A stretch of DNA of 64,000 nt from a virus (IMGVR_UViG_3300022822_000008), one strand, 5' to 3'. Shown: positions 1 through 9,592, counted from the stretch's first letter. Notes: generated from the letters alone by a model not told the origin. A program made the numbers and translations.

Positions 1-104
1 GATCCCATGTTTTGTTGCAAACTTTTGAGAAAAGAAATTTATCGCGTGAAGTCATTCCGTCAGTAATCATATTTTATTTCCTGTTTATTAAAAATTTATT
101 GTTC

Positions 105-153
105 GTGTTTCGATTCAATACAACCATTATATCAAGATTTGAAGGCCTGTCAA
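105..153 (-). promoter_or_regulatory. Early promoter/leader repeat, copy 1 (TTGACA-16-TATAAT followed by ATTGAATCGAAAC)
   Basis: Minus strand reads TTGACA GGCCTTCAAATCTTGA TATAAT GGTTGTATTGAATCGAAACAC; same leader as six other copies. Confidence 0.8.
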
Positions 154-356
154 TTTTTATTTTCATCTAAAAAACCTAGAATGTCCAAACAATTTTCTAT
201 TTCGCTGACTTGTCCTGTAACATAGCCCAAGGTAAAACCTCCATGGTAAGTGCAATTCATCTCATTACCACCGTGTTCCAGTTGAAGCTGTAATTTTCTT
301 GCCTTAAGACGTTGTAATTTTCTTTTAAGTTTTTTTACTTCTAAATCTTCCATCAT
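150..356 (-). CDS. Hypothetical protein
   Basis: 68 aa ORF with GGT SD-like site, co-oriented with neighbours. Confidence 0.6.
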   Translation of the reverse strand: MMEDLEVKKLKRKLQRLKARKLQLQLEHGGNEMNCTYHGGFTLGYVTGQVSEIENCLDILGFLDENKN

Positions 357-382
357 TGCATACCTTTAAAACGAAACGGCAA

Positions 383-1339
383 TTAAGCCGTTTCTGCAAG
401 TTCAAGTGCGAGGTTTAATGCCGCGACCTTACGTTTCGCATTATTACCAAACAAAGCGGAATTCATGCGCGCATCTGCGGTTTTACCAAGTTCGTGATCG
501 GTCATGTAAGTAACCGCGTTAAATGCCTGCCACCATGAACCCTTTTTGAAATCAGCGCCAGGTTGGGTTTCTACGATTTCAAGAGCACGAAGGCCTGTCC
601 GAGTCAATATTTGTCCTTCTTTTGTGGGAGCACCAAACACTTGACCGAGAAAATTCTTAAAGGCCTCATCGCTGTAACGTTTTGAGCCAAGGAACTCTGC
701 AGCTTGTTTAAATTGATTGATACGATCTGAACCTATACCTAGAATCTCTTTAACTTTCGATGGATCGAATACAGAACAGTGATTCATTCGAACTGCGGGT
801 TGGTTGTCTTCGCGGAGCGCAACAGCAAGAGTGTTGTTACATACTACTCGTTCCATAACGAACTTGACATCGATTGCTTTGCCATATTCATGAGGATTAG
901 AAAATAACAAATAACCTTTAACTTCATCGCCGCCAAAGAGACTAAATGACTCATTAACATCAGCCATTGCCCAGACAACCATCCCGTCTTTTAATGAACC
1001 CGCTGTATCCATTGACATATCACCGTTCGATACAAATTCATTAAAGAAGTCAAAAGCATCTTCATTCTGAACTGGATTCCAACCTTTACCGACGTTAGTC
1101 AATATTCTGTTATCGCTTTCACGAACAAGCGCTTGTTTTCCTGTGTAAATTTCTTGCCCGTCAAGCTTAACGTATTGATCAACCTTTTTGACTTTCCAGT
1201 CGAGTCCAGCTGCTTGCATCATTTCTTTGGGTGTCATATCATCACTGACGGGAGTACCCAGACCGTGCCATGGAACACCATTTGAAGCTCGATAAGCCAT
1301 TTGCGCTTCGCCGTTTACCATTTCTAATTCATGTGACAT
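383..1339 (-). CDS. DUF932 / phage-plasmid TIGR03299-like protein
   Basis: PWHGLG N-terminal motif, Y..VQN.DAF.FF, TAGSL..G..VW, LLF.NPH.YG, RVVCNNTL. Confidence 0.8.
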   Translation of the reverse strand: MSHELEMVNGEAQMAYRASNGVPWHGLGTPVSDDMTPKEMMQAAGLDWKVKKVDQYVKLDGQEIYTGKQALVRESDNRILTNVGKGWNPVQNEDAFDFFNEFVSNGDMSMDTAGSLKDGMVVWAMADVNESFSLFGGDEVKGYLLFSNPHEYGKAIDVKFVMERVVCNNTLAVALREDNQPAVRMNHCSVFDPSKVKEILGIGSDRINQFKQAAEFLGSKRYSDEAFKNFLGQVFGAPTKEGQILTRTGLRALEIVETQPGADFKKGSWWQAFNAVTYMTDHELGKTADARMNSALFGNNAKRKVAALNLALELAETA

Positions 1340-1371
1340 AATATAATATTCCTGTTTTTTGATTAATTGAT

Positions 1372-1461
1372 TTATTCAGTTTCAGCATTTGCATTCATTG
1401 CAAGTTCATGGTCGGTAATTTCTTCGGGTGAGTATTCATATATCCAGCATTGTTCGTTCAT
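1372..1461 (-). CDS. 29 aa micro-ORF (MNEQCWIYEYSPEE...) directly behind promoter cassette
   Basis: Read by hand; its ATG is part of the 46 nt cassette duplicated at 40678-40723. Confidence 0.45.
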   Translation of the reverse strand: MNEQCWIYEYSPEEITDHELAMNANAETE

Positions 1462-1523
1462 AATATTCTCTTTGTGTTTCGATTCAATATAAATATTATA
1501 TCAAAAACTCACCTTGAAGTCAA
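1459..1523 (-). promoter_or_regulatory. Early promoter/leader repeat, copy 2
   Basis: TTGACT-17-TATAAT then ATTTATATTGAATCGAAACACAAAGAGAATATTATG. Confidence 0.8.
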
Positions 1524-1526
1524 CCT

Positions 1527-1745
1527 TTAATTTGTATCAGGTATGTTATTCATAACCGCATTACGAATCATTGAACGTTCTGTATCGTCAGCATCAAGGC
1601 AATCTAATTGTCTTAATACTTGATTAACACAACAAGAGATGTCGGATGACCCTATCTCATCATCGTCATCGTCAAAAAAGAAATCTACTTGGTCTTGAAC
1701 TACATTTAAAACATGTGAAATGTCGTGCTTTTTAAATAAACTCAT
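1527..1745 (-). CDS. Hypothetical acidic protein
   Basis: 72 aa ORF with AGGA SD, downstream of promoter copy 3. Confidence 0.65.
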   Translation of the reverse strand: MSLFKKHDISHVLNVVQDQVDFFFDDDDDEIGSSDISCCVNQVLRQLDCLDADDTERSMIRNAVMNNIPDTN

Positions 1746-1770
1746 AATATAATTCCTAATGATTGTTGTT

Positions 1771-1820
1771 TGTGTTTCGATTCAATACAACTATTATACC
1801 AAGTCTCACCTTCAAGTCAA
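1771..1820 (-). promoter_or_regulatory. Early promoter/leader repeat, copy 3
   Basis: TTGACT-16-TATAAT then AGTTGTATTGAATCGAAACACA. Confidence 0.8.
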
Positions 1821-1834
1821 CACATTTCGTTAAT

Positions 1835-2197
1835 TTAATGACATGTTTCTGCTGTTTCATCTACCCAATAATCGAGCATATCGTGGGTATAATCACCATA
1901 ACCTGCTCTTATAATATCTATTACAGATGCCACTTCAGACTCCATTTCAATCGAAACAACTTTCACAGTAAACACGTCTTTTGGGAAGGTGCTGTACATA
2001 AATATTTCTGCTTGTTGAGTATCGTCGAAAGTTAAGCCATGCACTACACCGAACGGATTGCAACCTGCGAAAGCAGCATAGCGCTTATTGGCACTTTGTG
2101 TGATATCAATAATATCTTCAAAAATCGAGGCATCATATGAACCTAAATAGACACCTAGTTTTTCATCTAGTATTAAAAATCTTGTATTACTTTTCAT
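1835..2197 (-). CDS. Hypothetical protein
   Basis: ORF track 1835..2263; likely start MKSNTRF at 2197 overlapping the upstream stop. Confidence 0.65.
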   Translation of the reverse strand: MKSNTRFLILDEKLGVYLGSYDASIFEDIIDITQSANKRYAAFAGCNPFGVVHGLTFDDTQQAEIFMYSTFPKDVFTVKVVSIEMESEVASVIDIIRAGYGDYTHDMLDYWVDETAETCH

Positions 2198-2876
2198 ATA
2201 ATTCCTTATATTTGGCGCGGATTGAAAGAAAGTGTGGGAGGTATTCATGTAGATCAAATTCAAATACCTGTGGTTCGCTGTCGTCTACTGCAATAAGTAT
2301 AACGCCTTTCTTTATGGCAATGCCTGTCATTTCTAAAAATGCGGCTGCGTAAAAGAATGTCTGTATAAAATAATTTGTAATCCATTCTTTTTCTTTGGGT
2401 CTGAGAGAGGTTTTGAAATCGATTATAGCAAGTCTAGTAACTCCATCGTCACAGATCCATTCTGATATAAGATCGACTTGTCCTGCGGTCTTTAATATGT
2501 CACTATAAAGAAAGGCTTCTTGAAAATAGATATTATTAATTCTAGCATCGATGATTGGTTTTATTTGATTGAAGGTGTAGATGTTGACGGGCATGTGTTT
2601 GGATTTATAGTTGGAGTCATTGTTGATATAATTTTCTGCAAGTTTATGTACTGCAGTACCTCTGGTTGAGGCTTGACGAGATATCTTGTTTGCTTCTTCT
2701 GCACCTACGCGGGCGCGCCATTCAATGATGGCCTGTTTTCCTACAATACCCAAGACAGTTGTTATTGAGGGGTAGGAATTATTTTCGGGTGTACAGTACT
2801 TTCGGCCAGTGTCAGTCGTTTTTCTTGTTAATTTTGGTAGTATAATTCCGTGGTCATAATAAGTAAATGGTTGCAT
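2187..2876 (-). CDS. PD-(D/E)XK exonuclease (Cas4-like fold) typical of marine T4-like phages
   Basis: YPSITTVL, RGT.VH, AGQVDLI, IIDFKTS, Q...YA motifs. Confidence 0.8.
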   Translation of the reverse strand: MQPFTYYDHGIILPKLTRKTTDTGRKYCTPENNSYPSITTVLGIVGKQAIIEWRARVGAEEANKISRQASTRGTAVHKLAENYINNDSNYKSKHMPVNIYTFNQIKPIIDARINNIYFQEAFLYSDILKTAGQVDLISEWICDDGVTRLAIIDFKTSLRPKEKEWITNYFIQTFFYAAAFLEMTGIAIKKGVILIAVDDSEPQVFEFDLHEYLPHFLSIRAKYKELYEK

Positions 2877-2903
2877 AATATAGTTCTTTTTGTTAATATA
2901 AGT

Positions 2904-3263
2904 TTACCCGATTGTAACATTAGGAGATCCTGTTCCTACAGCTCCATCATCATCCGCTTGGTCGCCTACTCTTGCCGCAGGTATTCCGCCGATTGTGACT
3001 TTTGCTGAGCCTGCATTTATGATCTTTTGTATTCCAGTTGGAGATAAAGGTGGGGTAACATGAGGGACGCAAGAACCGCTTGATTCTATTGTATGAGTTT
3101 CTATTGAATCACCAGCAACAGCTGCGAAAGAACCGTTTATAGTTACCTTCTCATTGAGAGATTCCGATGTTAATAAATCTATCGAAATCAAAGGTGTAGT
3201 TTGACACTTATGTAAAATATTACAAAGTATCGTATCTACTCCAACTCTTGCTGCTGCTGACAT
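2904..3263 (-). CDS. PAAR-repeat tail spike tip protein (gp5.4-like)
   Basis: AAARVGVD and GGIPAARVGD motifs; GS.NVTIG terminus. Confidence 0.85.
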   Translation of the reverse strand: MSAAARVGVDTILCNILHKCQTTPLISIDLLTSESLNEKVTINGSFAAVAGDSIETHTIESSGSCVPHVTPPLSPTGIQKIINAGSAKVTIGGIPAARVGDQADDDGAVGTGSPNVTIG

Positions 3264-3274
3264 TTCTATTTTCC

Positions 3275-4021
3275 TTATGTGGTTGAGGGGAGTGCTTCCT
3301 TCGCCAGTATATATTCTTTAACCAAACCTGAACGTACTATATCTTCAGGAGTAAAAACAACAGTATCAAAGGAATTCATTTGTTTTAATACTTTCAAAAA
3401 GTGCGTCAAGCCAGAAACGTCGGCTCGGTTCCTTGAAGATTGCAAGTCATCCTGTCTCGTATCACCGCAGAAAATTATCTTTGAATTTTCACCCACGCGG
3501 GTTATGATTGTATCTAGTTCATGATATGTCATAGACTGGCATTCGTCAACAATTATAATAGAATTATCAAAGGTTAATCCTCGAATGAATGAGGTGGTAG
3601 TAAACTCGACTTGTCTTTTTGTTTGTAATATTTGCCAAGCGTCTCCTCTTTCAAAAAGATTATTTGTAATGTCTGCGTATGGTGCGGAAAAATGTGCTTC
3701 TTTTTGTTCCTTTGTACCTGGCATGTGGCCTTGTTCTCTGGTCTGAACGGCAGATCTAATAACTATCACCTTGTGACATTCTTTATTAGTCATTACGTCA
3801 TTTAGTGCTAGGTATAAAGCACACATAGTTTTGCCTGTACCTGCAGTGCCAATCGCTGCAATATTTAGGCCTTGATGAAACGAGTCAAACATATCCTCTT
3901 GAGTTTCTGTTATAGGTTCAATTTCTCTCATAGAGAATTTGCTGTTTTGAATTTGCTGTACTGCATCTTTGTGATTTCTTCTTTTTTCTCTTGAAGTAAC
4001 TTTCTGACGCTGTCTAGGCAT
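3275..4021 (-). CDS. phoH: PhoH-family ATPase
   Basis: GTAGTGKT Walker A, FIRGLTF, IIVDECQ, GDTRQDD. Confidence 0.92.
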   Translation of the reverse strand: MPRQRQKVTSREKRRNHKDAVQQIQNSKFSMREIEPITETQEDMFDSFHQGLNIAAIGTAGTGKTMCALYLALNDVMTNKECHKVIVIRSAVQTREQGHMPGTKEQKEAHFSAPYADITNNLFERGDAWQILQTKRQVEFTTTSFIRGLTFDNSIIIVDECQSMTYHELDTIITRVGENSKIIFCGDTRQDDLQSSRNRADVSGLTHFLKVLKQMNSFDTVVFTPEDIVRSGLVKEYILAKEALPSTT

Positions 4022-4039
4022 ATTAAACCCCTTGCTTGA

Positions 4040-4276
4040 TTAAAATGTGTTTATATTATTGATTGGGTGAGCTTTCTGTACCTCCTTTAAAACGTCTCTA
4101 AAACCATTATCGGGTTTTTTGAGACCCATTCGGTGTGAGTCACCCACGCTTGGTGCTGTTATAATAATTGATTTTATATCTGGGTTTTCTTCAAGAAATT
4201 GAAGCTTGTCAGCATAACTCATCAATTTGGTAAACCTTTGTTCCGTCTTGGAATTTTCGAAATCATACATTGGCAT
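4040..4276 (-). CDS. Conserved small T4-like phage protein (MPMYDF..., FmdB-like start)
   Basis: MPxYDF N-terminus and GFRDVLK..KAHP end; late promoter upstream. Confidence 0.7.
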   Translation of the reverse strand: MPMYDFENSKTEQRFTKLMSYADKLQFLEENPDIKSIIITAPSVGDSHRMGLKKPDNGFRDVLKEVQKAHPINNINTF

Positions 4277-4297
4277 TGTATTGATCCTCTATAATTT

Positions 4298-4305
4298 TAT
4301 TTATA
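4298..4305 (-). promoter_or_regulatory. T4-type late promoter TATAAATA
   Basis: Exact consensus about 20 nt upstream of 4276 start. Confidence 0.75.
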
Positions 4306-4310
4306 ATAAA

Positions 4311-4326
4311 TGGCGCCGAAACGCCA
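4311..4326 (-). terminator. Intrinsic terminator hairpin
   Basis: TGGCG-TTTCGG-CGCCA stem-loop followed by TTTATT. Confidence 0.55.
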
Positions 4327-4333
4327 ATTTTAA

Positions 4334-4480
4334 TTACGTACTTTGATGCTTTTCGTCAAAGCGTGCTTTACGTTTACTACGCTTATCTTTTTTGTTGCGT
4401 TCTTTACGTTCATCATATTCGTCTAGCGAACCCCAGTCTTCGTCCGTGGATTCGTCTCTAAACTTTTTAAAACCTTTCAT
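4334..4480 (-). CDS. 48 aa charged protein
   Basis: Read by hand: MKGFKKFRDESTDEDW...KHQST, AGGT SD. Confidence 0.6.
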   Translation of the reverse strand: MKGFKKFRDESTDEDWGSLDEYDERKERNKKDKRSKRKARFDEKHQST

Positions 4481-4489
4481 TTTGTTACC

Positions 4490-4921
4490 TTAATTTGCAG
4501 TTATTCTGGATTGAAGCAAAGCAGGAAATGCTTCTTCAACAGTCTTTCTTGATAGACCTTTAACAGGTTTATGTGCTAACATATCGCACAGTAATGCACC
4601 ATCTTCATTCTGAACGTCTTCTAATAAACCTATGAAAAGTTGTTCACGTTTTAGTTGGTTGAGATCATCATAACCTCCACCTTTAAAAAATATACGAAGG
4701 CGCCTTGTTTCTTTATACAGCATACCCTGTGCATCTGTATATTCATTCTTTTTATATGGCGGTGCTGTTTCTGGCAAGAGAAATTCTACGTCGGTTCCGT
4801 AGGTTAATCTTAAAATAACCTGTAATGGTTGGCTGTTGTGTTTATGCAGATACGCAATCTTGTCAGCAGTCTTTTTCTCTTTGCCGGCACTAGTTAATAT
4901 TTCTGCTATTGATAACTTCAT
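4490..4921 (-). CDS. Conserved T4-like hypothetical protein adjacent to rnh
   Basis: 143 aa; EFLLP...PPY and KRE.LFI.LLE motifs recalled from marine T4-like phages. Confidence 0.7.
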   Translation of the reverse strand: MKLSIAEILTSAGKEKKTADKIAYLHKHNSQPLQVILRLTYGTDVEFLLPETAPPYKKNEYTDAQGMLYKETRRLRIFFKGGGYDDLNQLKREQLFIGLLEDVQNEDGALLCDMLAHKPVKGLSRKTVEEAFPALLQSRITAN

Positions 4922-4924
4922 TCT

Positions 4925-5782
4925 TTAAAAATCCTGTAAGTCTGTAATTAAGTGTTTTAGTCTCATCTTGATAAAAAAGTTAAACAAACCTGATCTATCA
5001 ACCGTTTCTTCTTTGTATAATTCCGCGAGAATTTTTGTCTTGTATTCCTCTGGAACTTGTTTTAAGTCGACCATTGCTTTGTTTCGATTATATCTTAAAA
5101 TAGTTTCTGCATCCATTTCAGAAATACCTTTTGAATATTTTGCCAATCGTCCGGCCGTCATCGTAGCTTGTCTCTCATTTAGAACAAGGCAATTGTCAGG
5201 TGATAATATGTTAGGCACACCATCACCTTTATCGCCTTTTATTATATGTTCACGAAGGTATTTATCAGAGTCCGCAATTTGAACCCAGCTTTTACGGATG
5301 GGATTCCACTGATCGACATTCGCATAGCCTGTTAATTGCTTAAAATCGTGGTCGCCAGAAAGTATTAAGTGCTTTTCGCTTCCCATATTCAAATCAGTAC
5401 CCAATTCGTGAGCACAAACGCCGATGATATCATCAGCCTCACAGCGTTCGACATAGATAACTTTATATGGGAAATGGTCGGTAAGTTCACCACGAATTTT
5501 TGTAATTATTTCAAACAATAATTTCCAATCCAAATTAGATTCTTCGCGACCTGTTTTACGGTTTGCTTTGTAATAGGAATAAATGTCTTTTCGCCAGCAA
5601 TTTGTGCTGTCCGTTGTTATGACCATTTCGCCATACGTTTTGAGGAATTTTTTGCGGTTAAATCGGAGGGAATTTAGGAACATATGTCTGATTAGATTTT
5701 CATCAAGTTCTATGTTAGTATGGCCGCCAAGACTTGCCATTAAGGATGCAATTATTACTGCATTGTAGTCCATGAATATCAT
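4925..5782 (-). CDS. rnh: T4-type RNase H / 5'-3' exonuclease
   Basis: WRKDIYSYYKANRK, EADDII, ILSGDHDF.QL, GDKGDGVPN. Confidence 0.93.
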   Translation of the reverse strand: MIFMDYNAVIIASLMASLGGHTNIELDENLIRHMFLNSLRFNRKKFLKTYGEMVITTDSTNCWRKDIYSYYKANRKTGREESNLDWKLLFEIITKIRGELTDHFPYKVIYVERCEADDIIGVCAHELGTDLNMGSEKHLILSGDHDFKQLTGYANVDQWNPIRKSWVQIADSDKYLREHIIKGDKGDGVPNILSPDNCLVLNERQATMTAGRLAKYSKGISEMDAETILRYNRNKAMVDLKQVPEEYKTKILAELYKEETVDRSGLFNFFIKMRLKHLITDLQDF

Positions 5783-5815
5783 GTAGTTTACCGTTTTGTA
5801 TTTGTTAGAACATCT

Positions 5816-5844
5816 ATTATAACATACTCATTATGTTATGTCAA
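5816..5844 (-). promoter_or_regulatory. Sigma70-type promoter upstream of rnh
   Basis: TTGACA-17-TATAAT on minus strand. Confidence 0.7.
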
Positions 5845-5850
5845 TCTTTA

Positions 5851-6807
5851 TTATTCTGATAATAAGTTGGCGAGTAATGCATCCCACATGGTAGCAAACG
5901 AAGCAATGCTATTTTTAGGATTTTTATATCGCTCAGTGTTTACTGTTTTGGGGAAGAACTCGTAATCTTTTCTAATATTTTTTATCAGAAAGTCAGAGAC
6001 TGTATAGGCCATATTTGCGTGTTTTTGTATGTTTTCTGTATAAGGATACATAATAGTACCTGATGCCGCAGTTTCAGGCAAAGCACCAAAATCAGGGTGT
6101 ATGCAAATTACTTGACTTTTCATAGCTTCGATAAGTGCTATACACGAAGTTTCTTTCCATGTGTTTGGATATAAAAATACATGAGAATCATCTAGTGCTT
6201 TCAACACTTCTTCATTACTGACTGCGCCGTGATAATTCATCTTAGGATGTGCTTTAACTCTATCGAAACAATCATTATATTCTGCATCTCTTTGATTCCA
6301 GCCGTATATAGAAAAAGATGAGTAGACATCAAGTTGGATATTATTATGATTTTTACATAACTCTTCAAATACAGGTATCAGCAATTCTAACCCGCGGTGT
6401 GGTGTAGTATGATAAATGAACCGAATAGTATCTATTTTCGTGTAATCTTTTACGACGGGTTCTTTTTCAACTGCATTATAAATCACACTGCATCTAGAAT
6501 AGGGTATACCAAATCTAGTAATATATTGATCACGTTGCCAGCAAGAAACGAATACTATATGAGCAAATTTTGTCCAACCGCCTTCGGCAAGTATTGCGTT
6601 TTCTGGGTCCTCAGCGAGGTCATGGCAATATAAAATGTTGGGAACATCATCATAAACTTGTCTGGGTCTGGAAAAATGCACAGCTACTTTGCTAAGATAA
6701 TCTGGGTTGATGTAACCATACAGACGATCTCGCATCATCTCAGTTCCACCTCTAGCATTTTTTGATAATTCACTTTCTATCACTTCGCCTTTATAAATGC
6801 AACTCAT
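5851..6807 (-). CDS. Glycosyltransferase, GT-B fold (GT4-like)
   Basis: GGTE, FVS.WQ, Y.TTP.RGLE.L, YPNTWKETSCIALIEAM, GALPET. Confidence 0.85.
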   Translation of the reverse strand: MSCIYKGEVIESELSKNARGGTEMMRDRLYGYINPDYLSKVAVHFSRPRQVYDDVPNILYCHDLAEDPENAILAEGGWTKFAHIVFVSCWQRDQYITRFGIPYSRCSVIYNAVEKEPVVKDYTKIDTIRFIYHTTPHRGLELLIPVFEELCKNHNNIQLDVYSSFSIYGWNQRDAEYNDCFDRVKAHPKMNYHGAVSNEEVLKALDDSHVFLYPNTWKETSCIALIEAMKSQVICIHPDFGALPETAASGTIMYPYTENIQKHANMAYTVSDFLIKNIRKDYEFFPKTVNTERYKNPKNSIASFATMWDALLANLLSE

Positions 6808-7562
6808 TTTCCTTTTCCTTCAATAATATCTTGCAATGTTAATTTACTTCCTGTTATTCTCCACCACGCTTCAATAAGCCTATATGAAAATATAGATGGA
6901 CCTGTCTGTTGATTGTAGTTATCAATACATGGATTTATATTTTCAGATTTGAAGTCGTTAATGTTGTGATTAAATAAAGGGAATGTAAGCGTAGGTCCAA
7001 ATCCATTCAGAATGTTATTTTCAACTGAAGGTGGTAAATCTTGAGGCATGCTGTAATGCATGACTTTACTGCCAACATCTTTAAAATAAAAATCTACTAA
7101 TCGTTGGGCATAGCTGCGCTTTAGAATATAACACTGAATACCGTGATCCCAAAATTTTCTTGCTCTGGGGATCATAAGAGGATATGTCTCGTAAATGCCG
7201 CAGAGTTGAAAAGCATCCCAGTCGTCACTTATCGAGGCTATAAACTCATCGAAATTAAAGTTCCAATATTTCACAGTTTCAAAGTCAACATCATCTTCAA
7301 AGAATATACCTAATTCGTCTTCAGTGTTCAACAACCAATCTCTAATGGTTAGTAGATGAGATGAAAAACAGCCTTTGCTTGTTAAAGCTATAGCACTTTC
7401 ATCACCGACAATTTCATTGTCAGAATCTTCAAACCTAGAATAAGAATAAAATACAGGAGATACGCCATATTCAGCAAATTTACTTGCCATATATCTTTTG
7501 CGATCTTCACATTCAGAAAGATTAATAACATTAGGACAAGGCATGCCATGCAGTTTATTCAC
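6804..7562 (-). CDS. Glycosyltransferase GT25-like
   Basis: VINLSECEDRK, GCFSSHL, IFFEDDV, WDAFQL. Confidence 0.75.
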   Translation of the reverse strand: MNKLHGMPCPNVINLSECEDRKRYMASKFAEYGVSPVFYSYSRFEDSDNEIVGDESAIALTSKGCFSSHLLTIRDWLLNTEDELGIFFEDDVDFETVKYWNFNFDEFIASISDDWDAFQLCGIYETYPLMIPRARKFWDHGIQCYILKRSYAQRLVDFYFKDVGSKVMHYSMPQDLPPSVENNILNGFGPTLTFPLFNHNINDFKSENINPCIDNYNQQTGPSIFSYRLIEAWWRITGSKLTLQDIIEGKGK

Positions 7563-8197
7563 AGAAATTCACCTCGTTTTCTTTTTTCAACAATGTCACT
7601 ATGCAGCAATATAAGTTTGTTATGAAAGTCCTCGAGGTCGCCATTGTTATGCATATCATAAATTGGAGAATCTAGTTTATGAGACAAGACGTAATCATTA
7701 TCAACTTGTGATTTTTTGCCTGTCGTGTATGTTTGTCTAATCTTGCCGTTGAGATATCGTCTTGAATCACCTTCGAATGAGAAACCTTCGCGAAATAACC
7801 TAACAATAAGTACGTTTTCAATACCCACTTTTTCGATTATAGGAAGTGCTTCTTCAGTAAAACCACCGTCTGATAATACGTAATTCCCGCGTGGGTCTAT
7901 GGCTTCAGCTACTTTATCACCGAAAAATCTTTTACCATATTTTGGTTTTATTTTAACTTCAGAAGTGTAGATAAGAGCTTCCCTGCGGGATTTACCACGC
8001 AGTTCAACTTGAGGACGTTCTTTGATTTCACGGTTGTCATAATCTTTCATAAACCATTCAAGGGTTACGCCAAATTCTTTCACAGTAGCTTTAAATAATT
8101 CCTCTTTGAAACTGAGGTGTACTGATCCCAACATTTTAAATATTATTGCACCTTCGTCTTTACCCGAACCTGGAGGCCCGTTAAAAATAACTATCAT
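7559..8197 (-). CDS. Deoxynucleoside monophosphate kinase-like P-loop protein
   Basis: FNGPPGSGKD Walker A, LSFKEEL, VLSDGGF. Confidence 0.7.
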   Translation of the reverse strand: MIVIFNGPPGSGKDEGAIIFKMLGSVHLSFKEELFKATVKEFGVTLEWFMKDYDNREIKERPQVELRGKSRREALIYTSEVKIKPKYGKRFFGDKVAEAIDPRGNYVLSDGGFTEEALPIIEKVGIENVLIVRLFREGFSFEGDSRRYLNGKIRQTYTTGKKSQVDNDYVLSHKLDSPIYDMHNNGDLEDFHNKLILLHSDIVEKRKRGEFL

Positions 8198-8198
8198 A

Positions 8199-8747
8199 TT
8201 ATAAATTTCCTGTTTTCAACATAAATCCATATTTAGCGATATAATAGGCATCTACTATATCGTTGGACGGATTACCCGTTTTTGTGTGTACGCCATGTTT
8301 ATCGTTTAGAATGACTTTAGTTTCTTCAACAAAAGCCTCTTCCATTTTTAACTTGTTTGAATTACCCTTTCCTGTAGCAAACTTTTTGATTACAGTAGGT
8401 GGGACTGTTTCGATAGGAATACCATCTTTCCAGATCATATACTTTAACAGACCTGCATTTTCGGCAATTTGAAATACTCTACCGACTGCACCAAAGGCGT
8501 AACCTTCTATGAAACAAACATCAGCACCGAATATTATATCGCTAGACCATTGAGCTAGATTATCATATCTTTCATAATCACTCGTAAATTCCGGATACAT
8601 ATCACCTTGGTACTGACCGTTTTCTTGTACATACTTATCTTTTCTCACAAGATAATAAAACGTGCAATTTTCATATTTCCACTCATCGCCGTCATGCACG
8701 ACAATTGCCGGACTTGTCAAGCTATAATCAACACCTGCTACAATCAT
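8199..8747 (-). CDS. RuvC-like (RNase H fold) nuclease
   Basis: GVDYSLTSP, FIEGYAF, VPPT.IKKFATGKGN, NDIVDAYY acidic residues; start taken at MIVAG. Confidence 0.7.
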   Translation of the reverse strand: MIVAGVDYSLTSPAIVVHDGDEWKYENCTFYYLVRKDKYVQENGQYQGDMYPEFTSDYERYDNLAQWSSDIIFGADVCFIEGYAFGAVGRVFQIAENAGLLKYMIWKDGIPIETVPPTVIKKFATGKGNSNKLKMEEAFVEETKVILNDKHGVHTKTGNPSNDIVDAYYIAKYGFMLKTGNL

Positions 8748-8777
8748 ATAAATCACCCTTACCATTATTAGTAAAGG

Positions 8778-8785
8778 TATTTATA
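8778..8785 (-). promoter_or_regulatory. Late promoter TATAAATA
   Basis: Exact consensus upstream of RuvC-like gene. Confidence 0.7.
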
Positions 8786-9220
8786 TTAATCACCAGGTTG
8801 TGGTGCGTCATTCCCGTTTTTAACTCTTTGAACCTTTGCTAGCATCTCATCCGCGCCACATAATACAGTATTATCACCGTACAACATTGGAGGGTAGCTA
8901 GGATAGTAAGGAGTTGTAGTTAGTGAGCTTGTTTTGAATTTATCAATTTGAACTTGCATTGCGTCCACCCTAGCATTCACAGCAGAAAGTCTACCGTAGA
9001 AGTAGTTATTACTAAATATATCTTCTTCAGGATCTGTACTTGGGTCAGCTTCGAGAATATTGCTTTTTGTTTCTCCATAAAGCTCCAACACAGTTTTTAA
9101 TGCATCAACTTCTTCCTCTTCCAGATTCATATCATCTCCGGACAATTGTTCATATAGAGAATTTATCACAATCTTGGTTATCTGTGCTTCCGTTAGTTTT
9201 ACCTTTTTCATTTTACTCAT
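8786..9220 (-). CDS. Hypothetical protein
   Basis: 144 aa ORF in operon. Confidence 0.6.
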   Translation of the reverse strand: MSKMKKVKLTEAQITKIVINSLYEQLSGDDMNLEEEEVDALKTVLELYGETKSNILEADPSTDPEEDIFSNNYFYGRLSAVNARVDAMQVQIDKFKTSSLTTTPYYPSYPPMLYGDNTVLCGADEMLAKVQRVKNGNDAPQPGD

Positions 9221-9222
9221 AA

Positions 9223-9588
9223 TTATCGCCTCATGTTTGCGTGGTCTATCATTTCTTGTTCGTTGATAACAGGTACAGCATTGCTTTTGTGGAGCGTGCT
9301 AATACCTTTAATTAAGCTGCCAGTGTATTTAAGCGGCTCTCGTTTTGCTGTAGAGTTTTCTTTTTCTCTTTTAGTTTCAACATAGCTTGAAACCTTAACC
9401 TTCGACGTCCTGCGATAGCCTTCGTCCTTTTGTTCAAGTTCTTTAAACTCCTGGTCGTGTTTGAGTGTGCCGTTTAGGTAACGCCTATAATCATCTAAGG
9501 TGTCCAATTGGCATTCGTGCATATTGTTACGGCGCATATTTTTATTATATGCGCGGTAATCCAATTCGAGTTGTGTGAATTTATTCAT
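9223..9588 (-). CDS. Conserved T4-like hypothetical protein
   Basis: C-terminal YTGSLIKGISTLHKSNAVPV motif; start trimmed to MNKFTQ. Confidence 0.7.
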   Translation of the reverse strand: MNKFTQLELDYRAYNKNMRRNNMHECQLDTLDDYRRYLNGTLKHDQEFKELEQKDEGYRRTSKVKVSSYVETKREKENSTAKREPLKYTGSLIKGISTLHKSNAVPVINEQEMIDHANMRR

Positions 9589-9592
9589 ATCA

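Noticed and set aside
2187-2876. Cas4 / CRISPR system
   Set aside because: The nuclease has the PD-(D/E)XK fold but there is no Cys cluster, no other cas gene and no repeat-spacer array in the window; it is a common T4-like exonuclease.
3275-4021. phoH as a novel auxiliary gene
   Set aside because: Very common in marine phages.
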